From positions 12,472 through 76,471 of the forward strand of contig NIVC01002142.1 in NCBI GenBank assembly GCA_002269645.1: DNA of 64,000 nucleotides, given 5' to 3'. Source of the DNA: Macrostomum lignano. Its lineage: Eukaryota. The position numbers and the translations under genes were made by a program. The notes beneath the pieces were generated by a model. The model was not told where the DNA came from. It worked only from the letters and a program-made list of their open reading frames with translations, and did not search any database. Shown one piece after another: positions 13,901 to 25,100 of this stretch. Position 1 is the stretch's first letter. Every line of letters starts with the position of its first letter.

Positions 13901-16900
13901 TGGAAAAACCGACCAAGGGAAGACTTCCCGACGTAGGGAAGACCACCTTGAGAATTGCTACTAACCAAGTGTTTTGCTAGCCTCGTAAATTGTTCATGGA
14001 AATTAACTCTACAGACTGAGTGTCTCAGCCAATCTTGACACTGTCGCAACCTTCCGACACTTACTTAAGAGTGCGTCCGACAGAACGCAGCTGGGCTCCT
14101 AATACTGGCATGACATGACAACTAATTTTAGATTTCCACAGGTCTACTTTTTAAAATTCGTTGGGTCCTCCGTGTCACCGTAAGCGACGCGGAAAGGCCT
14201 GGTGGCGACGCCTGTTGTATCGATAATAGGCAACGAATTTTTCGAACAAAGTAACGATGGTTATTGATTTCCTGGTAGCTATCTCGTCGTAGCTGATTGG
14301 TTGGTTTCCTTCCGGACTGAATATTTTGGGAATTTAAAAAAACGGCTCACTCCGGAACCAGGAAAGAGAAACGTCATTTATTGTGCGGTAAATGACGATA
14401 AAATAGATTGTAAAAATTATGAAAACAACCAACTTTTCCGGATGAAAACTGCAGCTTCCAGAATCCACCGTCCATAAGGCACCATCGCTGCAGATTCCTA
14501 GCCGGTTGTCCGGCAGCCAGCACATGTCTTTGACGGCACCGGCCAAGCTCAGTCTGACCACTCGAACAATACTTAAGCAGTCGCTGCTCAGGCACAGAAT
14601 CTTGGGCCCTTCACTGGTGAGCAAAGAGATCAAGATGCCCTCAGCGCTGGCTAGAATGCAAGGCGTGCTCAAAGATAGAAGCTGATCTGGCAAGACAGCA
14701 CACTGTTGCAGCATATTCGGTACAAATTGCTGCTGCACAGAGAAGGCGGCCAGTCCGTAGCGATTTTGGCCAGCCTGATCCACTACAAATACTATTCGAC
14801 GCTCGCAGCTCCAAGCCAGACGAACCGGGCGGTTCAACCGAATTTGGTTCTTTTTAACTGTCATTTTCCCAACAGTCGGCCCGTTCAAAGACACAAGAAA
14901 CAGGCCGCGATTCGGATTGCAAATTATCAGCACGTCGCCTGTACTGACGGCGTCCTCGCTGTTCGCTAGGCTGTAGCTGAAATACGGAAAATATAAATAT
15001 CGTCCTTAATGACTGCTAACAAATTGAAGATGAGTAGCACTATGTCAAATACAGTAAAATGCATGCCAGTTACTACACCACATCGGGGCTGAGAAGGCTC
15101 TCGTACAAAATTAACCTGGTTGAATTCAAGAGGACCACTAGAACTTACCGTTGTACCAGGACGTAACACTCGTAAATAGTGCAAAATAATCATGAAGGCC
15201 CGCTTGTTCACGAGTCCGTACGTGTATTTATAATCGATTTTCTACAAAAAAGCATCCTATTCGAACCACAGAAGCTCCAGAACAGGTGTAGTTATAATTT
15301 GTCAAGGCTTTAATCTGCTTAATCTACGATTACGAGCTGTTTGTGATGGAATCTTGCAACTCGTTTAAAACTTGCTGTGCTCTTTATGCAGATAAACTGT
15401 TAGCGTTACTAATTCAACAATTAGCTTGCAATAAATTATCAGACGGGTTTTTAGCTAATTTCTTATAAATATGCTTTAGCTGTCATAAAGTTATCTCACT
15501 AACCCTACGCTGTATATATGCTATGTTGTACTGTTTTAGAATTATTATTGTAAGTGCAACTGATTCGGAGTTATGAGCATTTAAATTTTAGCTGCAATGC
15601 AAACAAATAAGGCCTTCAAATAATTTTGCAATATTTGCGAGTGTTACGTCCTGGCACTCTCGGAGAGTGTACATGCCGAACATGATGAGAAAGTCAGGGC
15701 CGCTGTACACCCTGTGTGAGCGTGTGGGTGCTCAAGGTTCAGCAGAATGGGCCTGACTGCCCAAATAATAATAATATTGATTTATTAATCAATATTATTA
15801 TTAATCAATAATTTTTTGATTCTACCAATGGGCAGATGTGCAACCGACAGCTCAGCCGCAGCTATTGCGCAGCGCATCTAAAGGTTGCGCACGGCTGTTT
15901 AATCTAGCTGGCACTCATTTTAAAGCTGGGTGAACTGAAGCAATTTAAGGACACAAATTGGTCTGAGTAGGCCGAGAATCGAACCCCTGACCTTTTAGTC
16001 GAGAGTCCGACGCTCTAACCACCAGGCTACAACCCCTCCAGGCAAACATAGCGCACACATATGTGGCAGCAATTGAAGCTCAGATTCAATTCAAACAAAA
16101 TTTCGACTAAAAATTTAAAAAACTAACAAATGTGCCGCAATAGCAGAGCGCACCTACAAAGACTGATTAAACTTGTACAATGCAACTCTTATCCTGCAAC
16201 CGCAGCTCGGAGCTGCTACCCCCAACTCTACCCTGGTTCGATAAAAACCATCGATACCAATTCCAACCAACCCACCAGCTGCTGAATCTCGGTCCAACTT
16301 GAAAGCGCAGTTGGCCATCTGGCTGGCAGACGGTCACAGTTTGACCGGCCTGGTCTAGGATAACAATCAGCTGACCTTCGCTGCATGCTCGGATGCAATG
16401 GGGACGAATAACTATTGCAGATCCATCGTGATTGGTCACGTTAAGGCTACCAACACAGTTCCAATGTGAGTTGTACACGAATATAGAATGCGTTGATCGC
16501 GAGACAACGAAGCACTGATCTGACAGACTGGCTATGGAGACAGAGTCTGTAGCTAAGATAGGCTGATAGCAGGCAACTGTCTCTACCACATCTGCTAAGT
16601 TAACTACTGAAGCTGTGGGTGAGACAGGCTGAGTGGGCGCTTCAGCACGCGAAGCAGCTTTTTTCTTACCAACTTTTTTAGTCACAATTGCAGACTCAGC
16701 GACAAATGCTCTACAATAAGAATGAACGGAAATGACAATCAATGATACAGATTAAGCTGAGCAAAATCATACATTTAAATAGCTCTCACCTGTCATCAGC
16801 ATCATCAATAACCTCCTGTATCGCACAGACTTCTCCACCGGAGCAGACAAGCAGTGTCTGGTCACTCCAGCACATGTCAGTCACCGGTTTCCTGACCGAT

Positions 16901-18203
16901 AGGCGAACAGTTCTCAGCACTGAAGTGCAGGCGTCATCCATGCAGACAATCTGCGGTCCCTCGGAGCTCAGCACAGACAGCAGAGTGCCGCTGCTGCTGC
17001 ACAGCACGCACGGAGTGGCCAGGGACTTCACTGGCTCACTGGACTGGGACTCTGATTTCAGTTCAAATACATATTTCTTCTCCTCGGTAATGGAAAACAG
17101 GTTTAACAAGTACTGACAGCTGTCAACTTCATCAAGCACGACCAGTTGTTTGATCGTAGAGTTCCACGCTAAGCGTACAGGATGCGTCAAATTGGTAGTT
17201 GAGTTTAGAAAAGCTGTGCGCACGGATGGCCGGTAGAGGCAGGCCATGAAGAGGCCGGTGGTAGGGCAACATATTATCACGAATGAGCGTGCACCCACTG
17301 CGTCTTCAGGCTGCTTTAAATGCCTACGAAAAATAAAATGCGGGAAGGAAAATAATTTACGTATCAGAAACTTATGGAAAAGAGAGCGGTGAGGAAAATT
17401 CAGAGATTAGTGGAGCGGTGAGGCAAGTTCAGAGTATGAATAAAGATCGGAATTTACTTTTTCTTGCTGAATTTCGGCCCAACGCTGAACTGCAATTCGC
17501 CGCCAGCCTGACAAACAATAACAACACCGGCTGATTTATCAATCACTACAAGCCTTTTAGCGCTGTACTTCCGAATGCGGTAAGGCTTCACAACCACTGC
17601 ATTCGATTCAGCATCCGTTATTTTGAAGTTTCGGAGACTGCCACCGAGGCAGTCGGTAAATTGAATAACACCCGATGGCTGATGGAGATAGACTAACTGG
17701 TCAGACAAACAAGCAACTGACTCAACCTGATGAAACGTGTCTGTGGCTGACTCAGCTTGGTGAAGCGAGTGGGAGCCTGACTCAATCTGATGAAGCGAGT
17801 CGGTGGCTGACTCAATCTGATGAAGCGTGTCTATGGTTGACTGTATCTGGTGAAGTGAGGCTGTGGCTGACTCAGCCTGGTGAAGTGAGGCTGTGGCTGA
17901 CTCAGTCTGTTGAGACAAGTTGGAGCCCATTGCTTGATTTAAGATACGGAGCAGGTCTCGTGTTGCCGACTCTGCCTCAGCTTCATCCCATAAACAACTT
18001 ACTGCCCAGCCTCCTGTCGCCACTAGTGCCTCATCCAGCGCAGACTCCGTATCGCAAAACTCCTGCAGCGAAGCTGGCTCTGCGTCAATCAGCATTCGCA
18101 ATTGTTCTCTAGCTTGATGCCAATCATCCAGCTGCAGACTAATACTGGCTCGCTGTCTCTCCGCGGCCACTAGTAGCCAATCAATGAAGTCCCGCGCAGA
18201 CAT
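10946..18203 (-). CDS. Multi-propeller gene A (~1342 aa, four A+B NHL-like units)
   Basis: Exons 18203-17458, 17323-16790, 16710-16276, 14976-14434, 13798-13469, 13100-12558, 12340-12038, 11540-10946 (TAA). They sum to 4029 nt in frame, and all seven introns are phase 2. B exons begin with (P)EDAVS(T)G-like motifs and end in V(T/K)DM(C/S)W or TDLFW; A exons end in DG.L.F.VGP.F. Confidence 0.78.
15650..15800 (+). mobile_element. SINE-like element (family 1) 3' part with (AAT)n tail, gene A intron
   Basis: Homologous to about 10230-10340; ends in AATAATAATAAT. Confidence 0.55.
15830..16040 (-). mobile_element. tRNA-derived SINE (family 2), gene A intron
   Basis: On the minus strand: A-box-like TAGCCTGGTGGTTAGAGC and B-box GGTTCGATTC, then a TTCACCCAGCTTTAAAATGAGTGCCAG core. 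A partial second copy lies at 45850-45960. Confidence 0.7.
17670..17900 (-). repeat. Coding 30-bp degenerate repeat (QAESATASLH), ~7 units, gene A linker
   Basis: In-frame repeats inside ORF 17454-18203. Confidence 0.8.
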
Positions 18204-21200
18204 TCAAACGAGTGAACTAACTACAAGTGCTGAAGTTTAAAAGCTCTGCGATTATAAAACACACTAGATTTAATAAAAATTCATTCTTTGAATTTAGGGG
18301 CTGAGGCTGAGCAATATGCCAGGAAATTGATGCCATATGCTCACATGCTCAATTATCTGTTTCTCATACATGCTAGTCTGGGGCTTGTTGTGCCATTTGG
18401 GTAAGACATGTAATGCACATGTACATGTAAACCAAGGAGAAAGCCCGGGCTGCTGTGTTGCAAACTAAAAACTCCCAGGCAAAAGAGTGAAGTGGAAACT
18501 AATCATATGAACAAAGAAAAAAATGACTAAGCATCATCCTACTTTCTAAAAATGCAATATACAAGCAATGCAACTTCGAAAAAATTCAAATGAGCTGACA
18601 AGTCATAAATCATAAATATTTTAATAAATATACTAAATGTAGGACTTAAAGGCATTTTTTGCCTTTTCTAACATCTAAGCTAAAATATTTGAGTCCAAAG
18701 TATAAGCTTATAGTTATTAGTAAAAAGCCAATTAAAGTATAGTAGAAATTAATAATGTATCAAATATAAAATATAGCATGATGTAGTCATAGTTACTTCC
18801 TACAGATAATTGTATTTACTTTTTTTTGTATTATACCACTATAAACAACTCTAAACAGTTATAGATTCTAATTAAATAGCTGAACCTAATTTGTACCAAT
18901 TACAATTACAATGTCTAAGTGAATTCTAATTAGTGTCAATAAGAATTGCAATCAAGAATCAATGAAAATTTATATTATAGCTATTCACAATCTAGCAACT
19001 ACTCTAAGCTAGGCAACAAACTAAAATAAGAAGACTTTATTTGTTGAGCTTTAACATTTCTATCATTAAGCTGCTTTAAATCTTCTAAAAGTAAGTTTTT
19101 TTAACAATTTTTTTAATGATCCATGAGAATTTGAATACCAACAAGGATTCAATGACCTATAGATCCTTTACACTAATAAAAAGAACTTGCCAAATATATG
19201 AAAAGTTAAAGAAAAATATTAAAATCAATTAAAAATTAATTTAAATATATTTTTTAATATTTGATTTATTCTTTCCTAATTCTTACCCAAAACAAGCTAT
19301 TTTAAGATCTATGAGAAGTCTACTACCTCATAACAAGCTGGCTTCCAATGGATTTGGCAACAATCTATTTTGGCAATAGGCCTAGCCAATTTGGCAAATG
19401 CTATAAAGTTGAAGAAAGCTTTGACACTAGTTGAAATTTAACATATTGCCACTAGTCTTTGCCATTTAAATTAAGGTAATTTTGTTTTAATCATATCAAA
19501 TAACACATTTTCAAAAAGATATATAAAAGCTATATTGTACCTTAAACAATTGTGCCCTAGACCTAAACAATCAAAATAGCCAAAACCCTTGAAACAATAG
19601 GCCCTACCTACAAAAAACTTAAAATATATAAAGGGACTATGAAATATATTTTTTTTCTACAGCTAATATTGATAGGTCTATCCTTAGGTTAATTTCTTAT
19701 TTGCTTTTGAGAATATATATAATTTGGAATAATAAAGGCTGCTTTCTAACTTAGGGCAACCAACAAAGCCTGCTGATAAAGACATTTTTTTCAAAATTTC
19801 AATGTTATCTAAAAAAAATATTAGTATTAGTTAAGTTAGTTAAGAATAAAAAACTATTATATTACATTGGTTGGCTCTTCCTTTAATAAGATAAGGATTT
19901 TTTACAATGCATTATTTACAATATAAGTTATTTCAATTTTAAAACTATGTGAGCCCTTAGTTTTTCATTAATAGGCCCTATTTAATGTCAGCTTTATATT
20001 TTTATTAGGCTGGGCCTAAATCTTTTTAAGAAAATGATAGTGTTATTATCTAAATAAAAACAATGTAACGTACATTTATAAAAATATTTCCCCATGAGAA
20101 AAGTATCTTTCTTCTTCTTTTTTTAATTTATTTGTTATTGTTTTTCGTCAATGTATTTGCATTGCGAAGGCAAAGAACCTACTTTAGACTTTAGTACTTT
20201 GCATTTAAATTTGACCTTTGCATGCAATTTGTATTTTTGGCAAGTCAAAGGACCCTCACTGAATTCCCTAATCTCAATGTTATTTACTTGACCCATCGTG
20301 GGCTCGCTAATAACAATAAAATGGTGATAAGGTCCTAGATGATACTTGGAGGTTACAGCAGGCTGACCATGAGGAACTAAATGCATAGTGAGAGTGAGAC
20401 GACTCTGATCAAAAATAGAGCTAATTAAAAAGTATAATTAGACGCGCAAGAATTGCGCTCTTCTGCTCGACAGTTTAAGTATTTTTTCAATCGATATTTT
20501 TTTAAAACATTAAGGGGGTGTCTTTTTGGTGGGTGAATTCGGTAGTTAGTAGTGAGACGTCAGACCCCCGGGTCAGACCTGCGTTGTAATTTTCGTATTC
20601 GGTTTTTAAAAACAAGCAGCTACTGATTTTTATTTCAATCTACAAATTTTCTAGTTATTTGGCACATAAAAAGGTAAATGACTGGCATCTAACGCAATAA
20701 AAACTAGAAATATAGGCTTAAGCCTTACAATTTGTTAATATTTGACTGAAACACTTACGGCTTTATTCAAGCCAACTGCACATCTCGAGCTTCCGCCCTT
20801 ACGATGCAGAGTTTTTTAATCAATCGAAAACTGGCCTAAGCAGTTTTCAAGAGCTACTAGAGCAGTTTAGACTTGTCCACTATCGAAGCTTGGTTAGAGA
20901 CAACGGAGAAATTCCAAATAAATTGTCCATATATAGTCCTCTATGCACATTTTGAAGATATAGAAGCTCCGCCTGGGTGAAGGCCAGTGACAAACAAAGC
21001 CAGAGCTGACTAGACACATGTGGCCGATGTGCTGATAAAATTTAAAGGCTTAGCAAGCTAGGCCGCACTGAGGCGCAGTGCTGTTAGCACACAAGGGTGT
21101 TTTAAATACTACACTAGCGCCATAGAATAACACTAACTTTAACGGTTTAGTTATGAGAACTGTGGAGTGTGGACCATCTCTACATGCATGTACCATTGTA

Positions 21201-22123
21201 AACTCCTTAAATTCACGAAGGCACTTTAAAATTTATTCAAGTGTAGTAGTATATGCTTTATTAACACAGTGCAAAAATAAATCAAGTCATCCCAAAAGCT
21301 TTTGCGCTTATTTTTTGGGTGATTGTTCATAACATCCGCTGTTTCACTTTATCCTTCGGAATTTCAAGCATATGATCATGCTTTTTCGCTCTGACTAATT
21401 TTAATTCGTAGAAAATTCGCGCAAGAACTTTCCGAATAACCGGATATTACATTATATTAAACTATAGCCTCAGGTGTAGGAAATTGCACAAAAATATGCG
21501 CATGCACACGCTAGCCAAATCTATCTATGAAAATGTTCACAACATTAGATAAGGAATGCGCCTGACTGCTAAGCAGGAACTGACGTAAATAGAAAATAAA
21601 AACATAGGAAAGATAAAATAACTGAATTTTTTTCAATCTCCGTGAAACAGTGCGCGCACAATGGATTTCATAGGGAATGCACTATAGATTAAAATGAATT
21701 TTCAAAGTGCATCCACTCAGCATTCGAGCTGTCACTTACAGGGCTCAGACTATAATAACTAATATTACTAGGAAACTGTGACTCATTGCAATTAAAACAA
21801 GCAGATTAAAAAAATGCGCAGTACTAGCTAAATGTCAATACTATCAAATAACAATTTGTAGCTACATTTGATAATAATGATAATCCAAGATTAAAACATC
21901 AATAAAGGGAATTATAATTAGACAGTCGCGTTAAACAAAAATACCTACTGACGAGCCGTAATCCAAGTAAGATTATATATGTATATTTATTTTTATCGTA
22001 TCAAAAATTATAATAATACACCGAGGCGATACTATGAGCTGGAAACAGCTGATCATGGATAGAAAATAACAGACATATGCATAAGATTACCAATTAAAAT
22101 TTAGCGTTTAATTATCGCATTGT

Positions 22124-25100
22124 CTATCCGGAATTTATTGAAGACTCGCGTGGAATCTCCTGATGTTGCGGCGGCTGCTGCTGCTGCTGCTGCTGAAGCT
22201 GCTGCTGCGACTGACTGCCGGACAGTCTGGAAGCCGCCTTGGACGACAGGCCGGACAGAAAGCCGGACATGGCGCTTCCGGCGTTGTAGATGGCGCCGCC
22301 TGTTTGTGAAAATGGGGATCAGATCAGTCTCCCCTCTCCCACCCATTTCCTCACCTGTCTCCCCTCCCCCACCCATTTCCTCACCTGTCTCCCCTCCCCC
22401 ACTCATTTCCTCACCTGTCTCCCCTCTCCCACCCATTCCTCACCTGTCTCCCCTCTCCCACCCATTTCCTCACCTGTCTCCCCTCTCCCACCCATTCCTC
22501 ACCTGTCTCCCCTCTCCCACCCATTTCCTCACCTGTCTCCCCTCCCCCACTCATTTCCTCACCTGTCTCCCCTCTCCCACCCATTCCTCACCTGTCTCCC
22601 CTCTCCCACCCATTTCCTCACCTGTCTCCCCTCCCCCACTTATTTCCTTACATGTCTCCCCCCACCCATTCCTCACCTGTCTCCCCTCTCCCACCCATTT
22701 CCTCACCTGTCTCCCCTCCCCCACTCATTTCCTTACATGTCTCCCCCCACCCATTCCTCACCTGTCTCCCCTCTCCCACCCATATCCTCACCTGTCTCCC
22801 CTCCCCCACTCATTTCCTCACCTGTCTCCCCTCTCCCACCCATTCCTCACCTGTCTCCCCTCTCCCACCCATATCCTCACCTGTCTCCCCTCCCCCACTC
22901 ATTTCCTCACCTGTCTCCCCTCTCCCACCCATTCCTCACCTGTCTCCCCTCTCCCACCCATATCCTCACCTGTCTCCCCTCTCCCACCCATTTCCTCACC
23001 TGTCTCCCCTCCCCCACTCATTTCCTCACCTGTCTCCCCTCTCCCACCCATTCCTCACCTGTCTCCCCTCTCCCACCCATTTCCTCACCTGTCTCCCCTC
23101 CCCCACTCATTTCCTTACATGTCTCCCCCCACCCATTCCTCACCTGTCTCCCCTCTCCCACCCATTTCCTCACCTGTCTCCCCTCTCCCACCCATTTCCT
23201 CACCTGTCTCCCCTCTACCTTTCAATCCCTCTCTCGATCTCTGGCATTTGCCGAACTCTATATGCACTCATAAAGCGGCGCGTCTCACTTACCAACCACT
23301 TTACCGGTGTCTTCTAGAGCTCTGCCAGTCGACTGCACAGCGCTAGACACCTTTCTGCCTTGGTCTGTGCCCGTTAAAAACCTGGAGAAGAAAAAATTAT
23401 AACACAAATAAGCACAAAATTTAGACTTACATCTGTCAAATCTTTAAGCACAAGTCCCAAATCAAACGAAAGTCCAAATTCATGTAAAAAGCTTAAACTT
23501 CTCCCCATTCTCTCTACTTCTCACTATTCTCTTTGCTTCTCACCATTCTCTCTACTTCTCACCATTCTCTCTACTTCTCACCATTCTCTCTACTTCTCAC
23601 CATTCTCTCTACTTCTCGCCATTCTCTCTACTTCTCGCCATTCTTTCTACTTCTCACCCATTCTCTCTACTTCTCACCATTCTCTCTACTTCTCACCATT
23701 CTCTCTACTTCTCACTATTCTCTCTACTTCTCACCATTCTCTCTACTTCTCACCATTCTCTCTACTTCTCACCATTCTCTCTACTTCTCGCCATTCTCTC
23801 TACTTCTCGCCATTCTTTCTACTTCTCACCATTCTCTCTACTTCTCACCATTCTCTCTACTTCTCCCGATTCTATCTACTTTTTAAGTTCTCATTGTTCT
23901 CTCTACTTCCCATTGGATCTCCCTGCAGCTAAGTTGGGCCAATTCAGGCCGCCAATCCTGTCTTCAACTCCAATTTCGCATGCCTCGCCCGATACAGAAA
24001 CACAAAGCCAAGTCACCGCTCACTGGTTCAGCCTGACGCCCAGCGCGCTCTGACCGTGGCATGGATGCCGCCTGGACGCGCCAGCAAGGCCGTGGCGCGG
24101 ACCGGCTAGCCAGGCCCGATAGTGAAAGGTGGCCCGTAGGGCTCGCACGTAGCTGGCGTTGAAGTCGCCTTCCTCGCTGGATGAGCCGCTGCCGCCGCCG
24201 CCTCCTCCTCCGGATTCGTCGAGAGACGAGTTGGAGGCGGCGGGCTCGGCCCCAGCGGCGCCGCTGCTGGAGTCGGCCGTCAGTAGCAAAGCGGTGAGGT
24301 AGGCGCGAAACTGGGCCCGCAGCCAGTCGTCTGAGCCTTCCCATTCTGCAGAGTAGCGAAATAGAAATATAAGACTAAAATAGCGGCGCTAGGCTGACTA
24401 ATAACACATGCGCCAAAACAAGTAGTATATAGGGAGTTTTTCGGGGAATTTTAAAATCCCAGGGAGGGCGGCGATGCCCCAGCAGCTGAGGATCTGGGAG
24501 GCTGGCACAGAAACTGAGGATCTGGGAGGCTGGCCCAGCAGCTGAGGATCTGGGAGGCTGGCACAGCAACTGAGGATCTGGGAGGCTGGTCCAGCAGCTG
24601 AGGATCTGGGAGGCTGGCCCAGCAACTGAGGATGTGGGAGGCTGGTCCAGCAGCTGAGGATCTGGGAGGCTGGTCCAGCAGCTGAGGATCTGGGAGGCTG
24701 GCCCAGCAGCTGAGGATCTGGGAGGCTGGTCCAGCAGCTGAGGATCTGGGAGGCTGGTCCAGCAGCTGAGGATCTGGGAGGTATGTGTCTTAAAAGCCCC
24801 TACCGGATCCAGCAAACAGATCTTCATCCTCCAGCGTCAGCTCTCCGTCGGCATTATCAGCCGTTGCCGCGCCCGCCGACGTCGCCTTGTCCAGCAGGCG
24901 CTGAATGAATGCCTCGTCGGGGCCGGTCAGCCGCAGCAGGCGGGCCAGGCCGCGGTCGTAGATGGCGAAATCGGCGGCGTCGGCGCCAAGCAGAGCGTCG
25001 ATTCGGCGCCGAGTCTGCGGCTGCCTGAAAAGTACATTGTTGGCGCCGAGCAGGCAGGCGCGCACGTTGGCGTCCTCTAGCAGGCCGATCTGCTGCAGTG

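Noticed and set aside
13843-14049. Short ORF with LPYVGKSS, reminiscent of Penelope-like elements
   Set aside because: It is only one short motif with no RT or GIY-YIG core visible, which is not enough to call.
15960-16040. Possible tRNA gene on the minus strand
   Set aside because: A and B boxes are present, but the anticodon and acceptor stems do not pair properly and the sequence runs into a SINE body that is repeated at 45850.
22120-23346. 408-aa Pro/Ser-rich ORF and overlapping ORFs
   Set aside because: They are the antisense strand of the last AVL9 exon plus the C-rich intronic minisatellite.
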